Shown one piece after another: positions 10,967 through 21,071 of a stretch of DNA of 64,000 nucleotides; position 1 is the stretch's first letter; every line of letters begins with the position of its first letter. This DNA comes from an uncultured Nitrososphaeria archaeon (GTDB lineage: Archaea; Thermoproteota; Nitrososphaeria; Geothermarchaeales; JDFR-13): NCBI GenBank assembly GCA_964437705.1, contig CAYTHX010000001.1:18698-82697 (forward strand). Direction: 5' to 3'. The notes below the pieces were generated by a model that did not search any database, was not told where the DNA came from, and was given only the letters and a program-made list of their open reading frames with translations. A program made the position numbers and the translations under genes.

Positions 10967-12136
10967 TTATTTACCTCCTAAAAAGTATGCTAGGAATATA
11001 GCTATAGCTAGTAGTAATATAGAGATGCCTATTATATATTTATTAGCTGCTTGTAAGTCATCACTTTTATTAGAATTTCCATTATTAGTCTGATTATTTT
11101 CTCCGTTTCCAATGTTAATTATGAATTTCTTCATGAGTTGTCCATTAACATATACGTTGAGAGTGTACTCTCCTGGGGTTAATACCAACTTGTAAGTATT
11201 CTTCTTTTCTGTAATAACTTGTGCTGAAGGACCGGTCCACATATAGACATCTGTGTATATATTTATGACTTTATCCTTTATGATGCATGCTCCCCAGTCA
11301 ACTTTGTATCCAGCATGATTAAAGGTCATGATGACTGTTGTGAGTGTAGTATTATCTTCTTTATCTAGCTTAATGTTTATATCCATAGGTTTCGCTGGTA
11401 TCCACTTCTCCGCCTCACGTCCATAAATCTCGATCAATAAATCTCTATCTAGACCTCTAAATGGATCACTTTGTTCCACGATCTCTATTTCATCATGATC
11501 TCCTTTAATTATATATTTAAATGATGTTTTACCTGGATACTGGTTGGGCGGTGGAGTTAATGTGATTTTAGCTTCATATGAATTTAGATTTCTAAAGATT
11601 ATTTTTACTTCTGCTGTACACTGCTTAGCATAGTAATCAAAGAATCTTCCGGTAGCCATAGCATATAATATCTTATAAACTCCCTTTTCCGAACTGATTA
11701 TGTATTCATATCTCGCTGAGACAGTAAATTTATCTGGTACATTTTTGATATGCCACTTTAGGAGGGGATAATCACCTAAGACAGTAGTATAACTTTTATT
11801 CTTACCGTCAACTACAATACTCCATACAATATCCCACTCTATAGGTTTACCATCAATAAATACCGATATATTTCCATCAAGAGCTTCAGGTGGAATAGGA
11901 AAATACATCATAATGTCCTTATATCCATAATTTTTAAATGGATAATGGCCAAACACTGTAACATCTAGCTTATTATGAACCTTTGAAATCTCAATAGTGA
12001 TATACTCATGTTCAAGTATAATTGTCGGTAGAGGAATCGGGTTTGAATCGGCAGTTACTACGAAGCTACACCCTATCAGTACAGAAATTATTATCGTAAC
12101 TATCGGTACAAACCGCTTATACCTAATAATATTCAT
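10967..12136 (-). CDS. secreted membrane-anchored protein of unknown function (beta-rich, Ig-like C-terminal domain)
   Basis: N-terminal signal peptide, Asn-rich linker, C-terminal TM helix. Confidence 0.7.
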   Translation of the reverse strand: MNIIRYKRFVPIVTIIISVLIGCSFVVTADSNPIPLPTIILEHEYITIEISKVHNKLDVTVFGHYPFKNYGYKDIMMYFPIPPEALDGNISVFIDGKPIEWDIVWSIVVDGKNKSYTTVLGDYPLLKWHIKNVPDKFTVSARYEYIISSEKGVYKILYAMATGRFFDYYAKQCTAEVKIIFRNLNSYEAKITLTPPPNQYPGKTSFKYIIKGDHDEIEIVEQSDPFRGLDRDLLIEIYGREAEKWIPAKPMDINIKLDKEDNTTLTTVIMTFNHAGYKVDWGACIIKDKVINIYTDVYMWTGPSAQVITEKKNTYKLVLTPGEYTLNVYVNGQLMKKFIINIGNGENNQTNNGNSNKSDDLQAANKYIIGISILLLAIAIFLAYFLGGK

Positions 12137-12268
12137 TATCTTTTTCCACCAACTAGGAGGATACTTAATTAGATTTAAAAAGCCATATTTCTAGAATAAC
12201 TATATTCCTGGAAAAACGCTGAAATCAGAAAAAATCATATTATTTCATGAAGATTCACCTTTTTTAGC

Positions 12269-13192
12269 ATGCTGAGAAATGGACCTGAATATTGGAGGTT
12301 AAAAAGAGTATTTATGTATAGACCATCTAGCGAGTTATCTTTGGTTAATAAGTCTAACTATAGGGATTATTTATTTCGTGCTGTTGTTGATCCGGAGGCT
12401 TTTCAGAGACAATATGATGCTTATCTTGATATATTCAGGGAGCATAGTGTTGAAGTTCTTTTACTTAATGATGTGTTGGAACAGATAAATTGGAAACCTA
12501 GCTTTTTCCCGCCAAATCTTGTATTTATGAGAGATGTTTTTGCAGTTTTAGAGAGTACTATAGTATTGTCTAATATGCGTTATGAAATTCGTCGGTATGA
12601 GCCGTATATCGTAAAGAAAAGCTTTGAGAAGCTGGGTTGGAACATTACATATATATTTGAGGCTACAGAGTACTTTGAGGGCGGCGATCTTCTTTACTTA
12701 AATGAAAATACGATTTTACTCGGATACGGCCCTAGAACTTCTTTCCAAGCTGCCTATAAATTAGGCAAACAAATAAATGATAACTTTCGTAAGAATGCTA
12801 TCTTGATACCATTACCACCGTATAGAGTACACTTAGATGGTACAATGATGATATTGGATAATGATTTAATTGTTGCACATAAGCGGTCATTAATGTATTA
12901 TCCATCGCTAATAATGTATTCTGATGGAGACTACGATGTCATCAATTTTTATGATTATCTAGGAGAAAACAACTATGCAATAATAGATGTACCCGATAAT
13001 GAGCTAAGTACATTTGGCCCTAGTTTTGTTGTAATTAGAAAGGGGTTGGTAATTTCATACGCATGGAATGATAAAACAATTAAGGAGTTAGTAGATATGG
13101 GTATAGAAGTTATAACGTTTAATGGATATGAATTTATGAAGGCTGGTGGAGGATTACACTGCCTATTTAATACACTTCTCAGAACTAGGTAG
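12269..13192 (+). CDS. amidinotransferase/arginine deiminase/DDAH (pentein) family protein
   Basis: FMRD, EGGD, HLD and GGGLHC catalytic motifs. Confidence 0.9.
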   Translation: MLRNGPEYWRLKRVFMYRPSSELSLVNKSNYRDYLFRAVVDPEAFQRQYDAYLDIFREHSVEVLLLNDVLEQINWKPSFFPPNLVFMRDVFAVLESTIVLSNMRYEIRRYEPYIVKKSFEKLGWNITYIFEATEYFEGGDLLYLNENTILLGYGPRTSFQAAYKLGKQINDNFRKNAILIPLPPYRVHLDGTMMILDNDLIVAHKRSLMYYPSLIMYSDGDYDVINFYDYLGENNYAIIDVPDNELSTFGPSFVVIRKGLVISYAWNDKTIKELVDMGIEVITFNGYEFMKAGGGLHCLFNTLLRTR

Positions 13193-13253
13193 GATTTTTG
13201 GACTAATTATACACCATTACATTAGATCTAAAGAATTTTGTGGACACTGCAAT

Positions 13254-13493
13254 TCAGTCTACTTCGCTAGTTGGCAAATACTCTTCGACGCTTATATCTG
13301 TTATCTTATCATTACTTATAGTTAGCCTTAGAAGTGCTCTTATTACGATGTTTTTTCGTGTATTAAAAGTAGTTCCACATATACCACACTCTATATCAGA
13401 TTCAAGCTCAACAACATACCAAGAAGCATCAACATACATCTTCCCACAATTGGGACATCTAATTATTGAGATATCAAGCCAAACATCCACCAT
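13254..13493 (-). CDS. small zinc-ribbon protein
   Basis: CPNC...CGIC. Confidence 0.75.
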   Translation of the reverse strand: MVDVWLDISIIRCPNCGKMYVDASWYVVELESDIECGICGTTFNTRKNIVIRALLRLTISNDKITDISVEEYLPTSEVD

Positions 13494-13558
13494 ATAAATA
13501 GAAATATCTTTAATGATTATTATGCTGTAAGATTAGCCTTCTCCATCATGGCTATATA

Positions 13559-14023
13559 TTACCGATAATCCTCTAAGAAAATTATGTTGAAATTTCTTTC
13601 TAGCTCTTCTATTTTGTTTCGCATTTCTTTTTCTCGTTTTTTGAATATTGCTTTACAGTTATAGATTTTTGATGTTGCTAACACATAGCAGTCTGTTAAC
13701 GCTAGTCTATATTTCAGTTTTATTTTTCCAGTCTCTATTACAAGAGTTAAGTCTTCACCTGCAATATTTGTGGTTGGTAGTCTATAGAGCCATTCTACTA
13801 GTTTCTTTGCTTTTAAATCTGGGCTTTCCAAGCCTAGTTTTTCATATATTCTTGATGCAACATAATATGTTTCTGCCAGAATTACATGTGGTATTAATGC
13901 TTTTAATTTACCTTTTAGGATTACTGTAAATAATGCTTTTGCAAACTGGTGGTAATCACCTAATTCATCTATGTATTCGATAATTACACTTGTATCTAAA
14001 CAGATTTTAGTCAATTTCGACAC
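13559..14023 (-). CDS. vapC: PIN-domain (VapC) toxin
   Basis: LDTSVII, LAETYY, ALTDC; overlaps the antitoxin gene. Confidence 0.88.
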   Translation of the reverse strand: MSKLTKICLDTSVIIEYIDELGDYHQFAKALFTVILKGKLKALIPHVILAETYYVASRIYEKLGLESPDLKAKKLVEWLYRLPTTNIAGEDLTLVIETGKIKLKYRLALTDCYVLATSKIYNCKAIFKKREKEMRNKIEELERNFNIIFLEDYR

Positions 14024-14267
14024 CTAAATCTTTTAGAAACTGAAGTATTTTATCGCTAGTTGATTTTGTTTCAGCTAAAATCTCTTCTGTAATTTTTGAT
14101 CCAGCTTTTATAAAGATTTCTTTTGGAGGTTCCTCTATAGGCTCTAATATAACCTTTTTCCCCTCTACACTTACCTTTAATACGGTTCCGACTGTTAACC
14201 CTAGTTTATCTCTAATAGACTTTGGTATAACTACCTGCCCTTTTTTAGAAATAATGGTAGTAGTCAT
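14007..14267 (-). CDS. AbrB/MazE-family antitoxin
   Basis: ISKKGQVVIPKSIRDKLGL..G signature. Confidence 0.9.
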   Translation of the reverse strand: MTTTIISKKGQVVIPKSIRDKLGLTVGTVLKVSVEGKKVILEPIEEPPKEIFIKAGSKITEEILAETKSTSDKILQFLKDLGVEID

Positions 14268-14502
14268 ATCAATAATGGAGTAAGAAAACAGTCATACTTA
14301 AATCTTACCATTAAGACCTATATAGTAGGTAAACATACTTAATGCCATTTTTAATGTTTAGGAGAAACTTTAATTTTTAAACTATATATATTCTCTTTAT
14401 GTTTATATTTAATTAATTTATTATAATAGTTATTAGAAGTATTTACTATATTAGTTATACCAATTTTTTAAGTTTTCTTATTATTGGGGTGTAGTTTAGT
14501 TT

Positions 14503-15363
14503 ATGGCGAGTAAAGGTTTAGTTGTTATTGCAATTATTATTGTCGCTATTGTTGCTTTCAGTGCTGGTTTCTACGCTCATCCTCTTCTCGCCCCTGCTCC
14601 AGAGGAAAAGGTTGAAAAGACTACGTGGGATATAATTAAGGAGAGAGGGTATATTGTTGTAGCTACATCACCAGATTGGCCACCGTTCCAATTTATAGAT
14701 CCAAAGACTAACCAGCTTGTTGGGTATGAAGTTGATTTGATGGAAGCTATTGCTAAGAAGCTTGGTATTGAAGTTAGATGGAAAACTATGGATTTCGATG
14801 CTATTATAGCTGCTGTTAAGAATAAAGAGGTTGATTTAGGTGTTAGTGGATTTAGCGTTACTCCAGAGAGGTTAGAAGAGGTATTATTTACTATGCCACA
14901 TATTGTTACTGAGGTTCAGCTTATAATGACTAAGGAGAGAGCTCAGGAGTTAGGTATAACTACGCTTTCATCCCTAGAAGATATTGCTAAATATGGAATT
15001 GTAGTTGGTACTGGAAGTGGTACTACGCAGGAGGCTGAGCTTTTAGACTTAGTTAAAGCTGGAAAGATAGATTCTTCGCAGGTAAAGTCTTATACAGACT
15101 TTGGGGTTGCATTAGAGGATATGAAAGCTGGAAATATTGATGCTGTATATGCTGAAACACCAATAACTACATGGTGGATATCAACTGAAAAAGTACCACT
15201 AGTAGTTGTATATAGCAGATCTTACTGGCCAGTAGCTTTCGTAGCACATAAAGACTCTACAGTACTAGTTCAGAAGATCAATGCTGCACTTGCAGAGTTA
15301 TTTGCATCTGGAGAAATTGATCAAATTAGGGCTAAGTGGAATATAACAAAAACAGGGCTATAG
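14503..15363 (+). CDS. polar amino acid ABC transporter substrate-binding protein
   Basis: N-terminal anchor, TSPDWPPF, GYEVDL, SVTPER (family 3 SBP). Confidence 0.92.
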   Translation: MASKGLVVIAIIIVAIVAFSAGFYAHPLLAPAPEEKVEKTTWDIIKERGYIVVATSPDWPPFQFIDPKTNQLVGYEVDLMEAIAKKLGIEVRWKTMDFDAIIAAVKNKEVDLGVSGFSVTPERLEEVLFTMPHIVTEVQLIMTKERAQELGITTLSSLEDIAKYGIVVGTGSGTTQEAELLDLVKAGKIDSSQVKSYTDFGVALEDMKAGNIDAVYAETPITTWWISTEKVPLVVVYSRSYWPVAFVAHKDSTVLVQKINAALAELFASGEIDQIRAKWNITKTGL

Positions 15364-15386
15364 AAAAAGTTAGGTGGTAAATAAAT

Positions 15387-16040
15387 ATGATTACAACCAA
15401 TGACATCCTTTTTCTACTCCAAGGTGTCCCTACAACCCTCTTAATCTCCATTTTTTCATTCATCCTCGGTTTTATAATTGGAATACCAATCTCTCTCTGT
15501 AGATCCTTCAAAATACCTATTGCATCACAATTTGCAGATGCATATGAGAAGATCTTTCGTGGAATACCCATCCTAGTTTTTATGCTATTCTTCCACTTTG
15601 GATTAGGAGGAATAATACCAATATTCAAAGATCCATTTATGACTTCAGTTATTGCCCTAGGTATGCGTAGTGGAGCATACCAATCACAGATATTTCGCGG
15701 AGCAATAAATAGCGTTGGTAGACAACAAATGATGGCAGCTATTTCACTTGGAATGAAAAAACTTCAAGCATTAAGATATGTTATTTTACCACAGGCATTT
15801 ATAGTTGCATTACCAGGTTTAGGTAGTGAAATAGCTCTTTTAATTAAAGACTCAGCATACTCATTTGTACTTGGAGTTTTAGATCTAGCTAAATATGCAG
15901 ATATCCTTAGGAGAGGTACTAGATCCTTTATATTCCCATATCTAGCTGCAGCAATAATATATGTTATACTAACATTTCCATTCGCTAACTACCTTGATAA
16001 ACTAGGATCAAGATTAAAAACTAAATATGGTTTGAGGTGA
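15387..16040 (+). CDS. polar amino acid ABC transporter permease
   Basis: FRGIP, SGAYQSQIFRGAI, EAA-like loop, LIKDS. Confidence 0.92.
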   Translation: MITTNDILFLLQGVPTTLLISIFSFILGFIIGIPISLCRSFKIPIASQFADAYEKIFRGIPILVFMLFFHFGLGGIIPIFKDPFMTSVIALGMRSGAYQSQIFRGAINSVGRQQMMAAISLGMKKLQALRYVILPQAFIVALPGLGSEIALLIKDSAYSFVLGVLDLAKYADILRRGTRSFIFPYLAAAIIYVILTFPFANYLDKLGSRLKTKYGLR

Positions 16041-16044
16041 GAAT

Positions 16045-16794
16045 GTGGGAATTGAGGATTCCATTCTTGCATGTAGAGATTTATGGAAGAGATATAGGGA
16101 TTTAGAGGTTTTAAGGGGTATAGATTTTGAGATTAAAAAAGGTGAGATTAAGGTTATAATCGGGCCTAGTGGCTCTGGAAAATCAACATTTTTACGTTTA
16201 CTTGGCTTACTTGAAGAACCGACTAAAGGAAAGATCTATTTTGAGGGTCGAGATGTATATGCTGAAAACCTTGATCTAAATAAAATTAGGGCTAAAATTG
16301 GATTTGTATTTCAAGAGCCAAGTCTATTTAGACATTTAACTGCTCTTGGAAATGTAATGCTTGGATTAAGGTATGTTCTTGGTATGAAGGAGGAGGAAGC
16401 TAGGAAACGTGCTATGGAGACGCTGAGGCTTGTACATCTAGAGGAGTGGGCAGATCATTATCCAGCGCAATTATCTGGTGGACAACAGCAGAGGGTTGGT
16501 ATAGCTAGAGCGTTAGCCATGAATCCAGATATAATATTATTTGATGAACCGACAGCTTCACTAGATATAGAGCTTACATGGGAAGTTATAGATGTAATGA
16601 AGGAATTAGCTGAGAAGGGAATAACTATGCTTGTAGTTACACATGAAATAGCATTCGCAAAGGAAGTTGCAGATGAAATATTATTTATGGATAAGGGGAA
16701 GATCTTAGAGAGTGGGCCACCAGAGCAGTTACTGAAGAATCCAAAGACACCTAGAGCAAGAGAATTCTTAAGTAGATTGTTAGGTGGAGAGTAG
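16045..16794 (+). CDS. polar amino acid ABC transporter ATPase (GlnQ-like)
   Basis: GPSGSGKST, LSGGQQQR, FDEPT, VTHE. Confidence 0.95.
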   Translation: MGIEDSILACRDLWKRYRDLEVLRGIDFEIKKGEIKVIIGPSGSGKSTFLRLLGLLEEPTKGKIYFEGRDVYAENLDLNKIRAKIGFVFQEPSLFRHLTALGNVMLGLRYVLGMKEEEARKRAMETLRLVHLEEWADHYPAQLSGGQQQRVGIARALAMNPDIILFDEPTASLDIELTWEVIDVMKELAEKGITMLVVTHEIAFAKEVADEILFMDKGKILESGPPEQLLKNPKTPRAREFLSRLLGGE

Positions 16795-17460
16795 ATGGAG
16801 TTCCTATTGTATTATTTGCCATTTATAGTAGAGGGATTTATAACGACGCTTATGATGACATTTATAGGCTTAGCTGGCGGATTTATCCTAGGTATATTAT
16901 CAGCACTTGGAGATGTATATGGAGGAAAAACATTAAAAGCAATAATAAATGTTTATGTAGAGTTCTTTAGAGGAAGCCCACTAATCATACAGCTATTATT
17001 CTTCTACTTTACGGTACCAGCAGTAACAGGATTTAAATGGGATGCATTTACAGCAGGAGCAATAACACTAATGCTGAATAGTGGTGCATATCAAAAAGGA
17101 TATTTTAAAGGAGCAATAGAAGCAGTATTTAAAGACCAGTTAATAGCTGCTAAATCACTAGGAATGACATTTAGACAAACACTACTCCACGTAATATTAC
17201 CACAAGTATTTAGGATAGTAATACCAGCATGGACAAACGAATACGTCTCACTAGGCTTAAGTACATCAGCATTAATAGTCATTGGAGTTAGAGAATTAAC
17301 AAATGTATCTAAAACAATTGCTGCTCAAACATTTAAACCACTAGAAGTGTACCTAATAGCTGGATTAATCTACTTCGCATGGATCTACATATCACTAAAA
17401 GTAATAGACTATATATATGACAAGGTAAAAATACCAGGGCTAGAGGTAAGTCTAACATAA
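16795..17460 (+). CDS. polar amino acid ABC transporter permease
   Basis: FRGSPLIIQL, SGAYQ, VILPQ. Confidence 0.92.
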   Translation: MEFLLYYLPFIVEGFITTLMMTFIGLAGGFILGILSALGDVYGGKTLKAIINVYVEFFRGSPLIIQLLFFYFTVPAVTGFKWDAFTAGAITLMLNSGAYQKGYFKGAIEAVFKDQLIAAKSLGMTFRQTLLHVILPQVFRIVIPAWTNEYVSLGLSTSALIVIGVRELTNVSKTIAAQTFKPLEVYLIAGLIYFAWIYISLKVIDYIYDKVKIPGLEVSLT

Positions 17461-17584
17461 ATTTTTGGTTACTTCTATTTTTGATATAAAAACTTCGCTG
17501 ATAAGTCTATATAGTATAACTCTAAATATCATTAACCGACCTAATATACAACTTCACAGAATTATATAGGTTTTGGTTTGAGGG

Positions 17585-17641
17585 GGCTCTGCAGTTCCGA
17601 CGGTACATCATGTTTCAGCCTGAGCTGGGTTCTTCATCGCC
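17585..17641 (-). ncRNA. box C/D methylation guide sRNA
   Basis: Minus strand reads GGC-GATGA (C), guide AGAACCCAGCTCAGG, CTGA (D'), ATGATG (C'), guide TACCGTCGGAACTG, CAGA (variant D), GCC closing the stem. Guide 1 is antisense to the conserved 23S sequence UGAGCUGGGUU. Confidence 0.8.
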
Positions 17642-17703
17642 AAAAAAGTAAAATACTTTAAACACAAATAAACCTTTAATCAGCTAATATAGTTAATTAT
17701 TAT

Positions 17704-17772
17704 TGTGGATGAAGAGGAGCTCGTATTAACTGAAATACTACATTAATGATGAATCCAGGCAGGAACTGACAT
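17704..17772 (+). ncRNA. box C/D methylation guide sRNA
   Basis: GGATGA (C), guide AGAGGAGCTCGTATTAA, CTGA (D'), ATGATGA (C'), guide ATCCAGGCAGGAA, CTGA (D). Confidence 0.8.
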
Positions 17773-17878
17773 ACTAATCTCTGATTATATTTTGCCTATA
17801 ACATATATCATAGTCTACTTAGATTAGGTAAATAATAAAGGTATCAGACTTATACTTTATTTTATGTGGTGATAGCAA

Positions 17879-18523
17879 TTGCCTAGAGACAATGAACATC
17901 CAAACTGTGTTTTCTGCAGAGAACATCCTTGTTACTATGGTTTATTTGATAAATTACCACGTTTTTGTCCAATGCGTCACTTTAGTGAGTTAATTCGTGA
18001 AGCTAAGGAAATTTATGAGAAGAATAAGGAGGTTAGGGATCAGTGTATTTCTGCGGCTATTGTTGAAGCTAGTGGTTATATGAAGTGGCCTAGATTAAAA
18101 GAGATTCTAGAGTATGCTAAGAGACTTGGAATTAGGAAAATTGGAATTGCTTTCTGTATAGGATTAGCTAAAGAAGCATATTATGTTTATCAAGTATTTA
18201 AAAATAATAATTTTGAGGTATACTCTGTATGCTGCAAGGTTGGCGGGATAAATAAGCTTGAGATAGGCATTCCAAAAGACTACTTACTAGAGCCTGAATT
18301 TGAAGCTATATGTAATCCAGTAGGCCAAGCACTAATTCTAAATAAGCTAAGTACAGAGTTAAATATCGCTGTTGGACTATGTGTTGGACACGACTCAATA
18401 TTTTATAGATACTCAAAAGCTCCAGTAGTCACCCTAATCGCTAAGGATAGAGTTACAGGCCATAATCCAGCAGTAGTACTCTACACAGGATATTACCGAG
18501 AGAAGTTTGGTATAAAACCATAG
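17879..18523 (+). CDS. DUF1847 family Cys-rich metal-binding protein
   Basis: IGIAFCIGL, VCCKVGG, CNPVGQA, GLCVGHDS, KDRVTGHNP. Confidence 0.88.
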   Translation: MPRDNEHPNCVFCREHPCYYGLFDKLPRFCPMRHFSELIREAKEIYEKNKEVRDQCISAAIVEASGYMKWPRLKEILEYAKRLGIRKIGIAFCIGLAKEAYYVYQVFKNNNFEVYSVCCKVGGINKLEIGIPKDYLLEPEFEAICNPVGQALILNKLSTELNIAVGLCVGHDSIFYRYSKAPVVTLIAKDRVTGHNPAVVLYTGYYREKFGIKP

Positions 18524-18691
18524 TTTTCAGTACACTGATTCTCCATTAATATATTAATGTGCTTTTTAGTTCTTTTCTCAATTATATTAGAATAAAGTTT
18601 TTAAAGGTATTTTTTAATTTTTATACGAGTTTTCTAAAAATATTTAAATTTCCTAAGGTTTTTATGTTTAAAAGTATATGGTGATTTAAAA

Positions 18692-18968
18692 TTGCCTATA
18701 TCGAGGGATGAATTTGAAAAAGGCAGAACAAGGACACTATAAAAACGCGAATCGAGAAATTGTTGCAAAATGGAAGAGCCTATACTCTCTCTGAGATAGG
18801 AAGCTAACTCAGAAAGATATTCTTATCATACAGCAAGCTCTAAAAGAGCTAATAGAGGAAGGAGTTATAGAAGCAAAAGAAGTAGAGACAAGGTTTGGTA
18901 AAGAAACATATTACTGTGTTAAAAAAATAAACACCATCCCATCTTCTAGAAAAATACCGCAATATTAG
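18692..18968 (+). pseudogene. degraded small winged-helix-like protein
   Basis: GGTGA RBS then TTG; fragments MPISRDEFEKGRT / DTIKTRIEKLLQNGRAYTLSEIG / ALKELIEEGVIEAKEV..FGKETYY fall in different frames. Confidence 0.55.
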
Positions 18969-19190
18969 GATGATCAATATCTAAATCTTAACGTTGTATG
19001 ATGATAAACATAAAAATGATAATCTGGTTTAACGACATATTCATAGGTCTTCATTTAATCTTATAAGAAAAAGCAAGATACGAACCATACTCCCTAATAC
19101 CTCATAGTTTGTATAGTTAAACAGCTCGGATTTATTAAACTTATTTTTATTTGTTATTTTATGTAGGTTATAGGTATATAGGGAGCTTTA

Positions 19191-20441
19191 ATGCGTCGTA
19201 GGGCATTTATAAAGCTTGGTATCACGGCAGCCCTGGCATCCATATTTTCATACTATTATTTATTGAATATTCGAGAGGAAATTATACTACCAAGGCTAAA
19301 GTTAAGTGGTGGACATGCTTATAACGATATTTTATATACAAATATAAAGAATATCTCTGGCCATAGTTCATTACTTACGATTGAAGATTTATCATATATT
19401 TTATGGGCGGCTCAAGGTATTACTGAGAAAGCGCTATTGCTTCGTGCAGCACCATCTGCAGGCGCGAGATATCCTATGGAGTTATTTATATTCACTGGCA
19501 AGTCTTCAGTCGAAAATCTTGATAGAGGTATTTATCATTATAATCCATATAGACATGCATTAGATAGGATTAGTTATCAAGATTGTAGGAAATACCTTGG
19601 TGTAGATGATTTAGAGGAAAATGATACTTTAATTGTTTTTAATGGGGTTTATGATAGGACTCGTGCTAGGTATTGGTTTTATTTTGAGAAGTATGTTCAT
19701 ATTGAGGTTGGGCATATATTACTTAATGTTTATCTTGAAGCGATAAATTTAGGTATCGATGTTAAGGCGTATCTGGATTTTAATAGGGGTTTTGTTGATC
19801 GGTTAGTTAGTTTAGGGAAGCCTCTTCTAGCAATTAGGTTGAGAAAACTTAGAGGTGGATTTGTAGATAGGTGTTTTGAGTCGGGTGGTGGGAGGTTTGT
19901 TAATGAGGTTATTGCTAGGAGGAGGTGTATTAGGGATTATCGTGATGATGAGTTAACTATTGATGATTTAAATAGTGTTTTAGGTATTCTTAGGAGGGTT
20001 TATATGGGTAGTCCTTTTATGGAATTACCACGTAGACCTATAATTCATGTTGCTATTGGTGAGGTTGATGGTTTTTCTCCAGGATTATATTTGTATGATG
20101 TGGGTTTAGGGAAAATTGTATGTGTGAGAGAGGGTGATCAGAGGGGGGAGTTGTTTAAGAGAAGTTTTTATGGGTTGGGTATAGCTCCTACTTGGATTAA
20201 GGAGGGAAAAATGTGTATAGTTGTATCTGTAAAGACTGATCCTAGGGATAAGTATAATTTGGCTTCGATGATGAGTGGCGGTTTACTTGCTCAAATTCTT
20301 CATTTAAAGACATATGATAGTGATTTAGCGTCTGTAACTGTTGGTGGTTTGTATGAGGAAGAATTAAAGAATTATTTAAATTTACCTGAGGATTACTTGT
20401 CGACACATATAATTCCTATAGGGAGGAATAAGTATGGTTAG
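19191..20441 (+). CDS. tandem-domain SagB/ThcOx-type nitroreductase-family flavoprotein with twin-arginine signal
   Basis: MRRRAFIK + hydrophobic stretch; LWAAQGIT..RAAPSAGARYP, GIYHYNP..H.L; second domain has RRCIRDY. Confidence 0.85.
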   Translation: MRRRAFIKLGITAALASIFSYYYLLNIREEIILPRLKLSGGHAYNDILYTNIKNISGHSSLLTIEDLSYILWAAQGITEKALLLRAAPSAGARYPMELFIFTGKSSVENLDRGIYHYNPYRHALDRISYQDCRKYLGVDDLEENDTLIVFNGVYDRTRARYWFYFEKYVHIEVGHILLNVYLEAINLGIDVKAYLDFNRGFVDRLVSLGKPLLAIRLRKLRGGFVDRCFESGGGRFVNEVIARRRCIRDYRDDELTIDDLNSVLGILRRVYMGSPFMELPRRPIIHVAIGEVDGFSPGLYLYDVGLGKIVCVREGDQRGELFKRSFYGLGIAPTWIKEGKMCIVVSVKTDPRDKYNLASMMSGGLLAQILHLKTYDSDLASVTVGGLYEEELKNYLNLPEDYLSTHIIPIGRNKYG

Positions 20442-21030
20442 TTTACATTTAGATGTACGGAAGTTGAAATCACAGTATATGGTGTATAGGTTAATTCAGT
20501 TTATTTCATTCATAATTTCGTTGTCAGCAATATTTTTACCATGGTGGGAAATTAGGGTATATACATATCCCGGAAGGCTATATATTGGTTCTGGGTATAT
20601 CCACTTAATTCCACCATCATATGTATCTATAAGTGACACCTTGAAGTATATTAGGGTGTTCTCCTTAGATCAAAGACTTATGATTATACTTATTTTTGTT
20701 CTCGTTTTAACGGCTTTAAATGGGTATTTAAGTTTAGGTGTAGGGTTAGTTATTAAGGGTGTAATTAAATCGTTAAAGAAGATCTATTTATTTGCAACTA
20801 TTTGCTCTACATCAGCATTACTATTATTTGTTTTAGCACTTTTACTATTTAGTTCTGACTGGCCAGCTATACTATCGCCATATGGGTATTTTATCGATAC
20901 AACTATTATGAGGGAGTATTTGTGGGGTTTTTCATATGGATTTTATTTAGCATTAGTTTCATGTATGATTAACATAATAAATCTATCTAGGTTATATATG
21001 AGAAATTACATCTTGAAAAGTAAAATTTAA
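20434..21030 (+). CDS. 4-TM membrane protein (LPWW...WG.SYGFYL archaeal family)
   Basis: Four hydrophobic segments; overlaps the upstream stop. Confidence 0.7.
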   Translation: MVSLHLDVRKLKSQYMVYRLIQFISFIISLSAIFLPWWEIRVYTYPGRLYIGSGYIHLIPPSYVSISDTLKYIRVFSLDQRLMIILIFVLVLTALNGYLSLGVGLVIKGVIKSLKKIYLFATICSTSALLLFVLALLLFSSDWPAILSPYGYFIDTTIMREYLWGFSYGFYLALVSCMINIINLSRLYMRNYILKSKI

Positions 21031-21071
21031 ATATTTTAAGGTTGAAAAATTAAGTAAATTTTTGAGAGGAA

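Noticed and set aside
18960-19060. TGATGA motifs as another C/D sRNA (similar isolated motifs near 3078 and 44370)
   Set aside because: No properly spaced CTGA D boxes or recognisable guides.
19191-20441. Thiazole/oxazole RiPP cluster suggested by the SagB-like gene
   Set aside because: No YcaO, E1-like protein or Cys/Ser-rich precursor is in the window.
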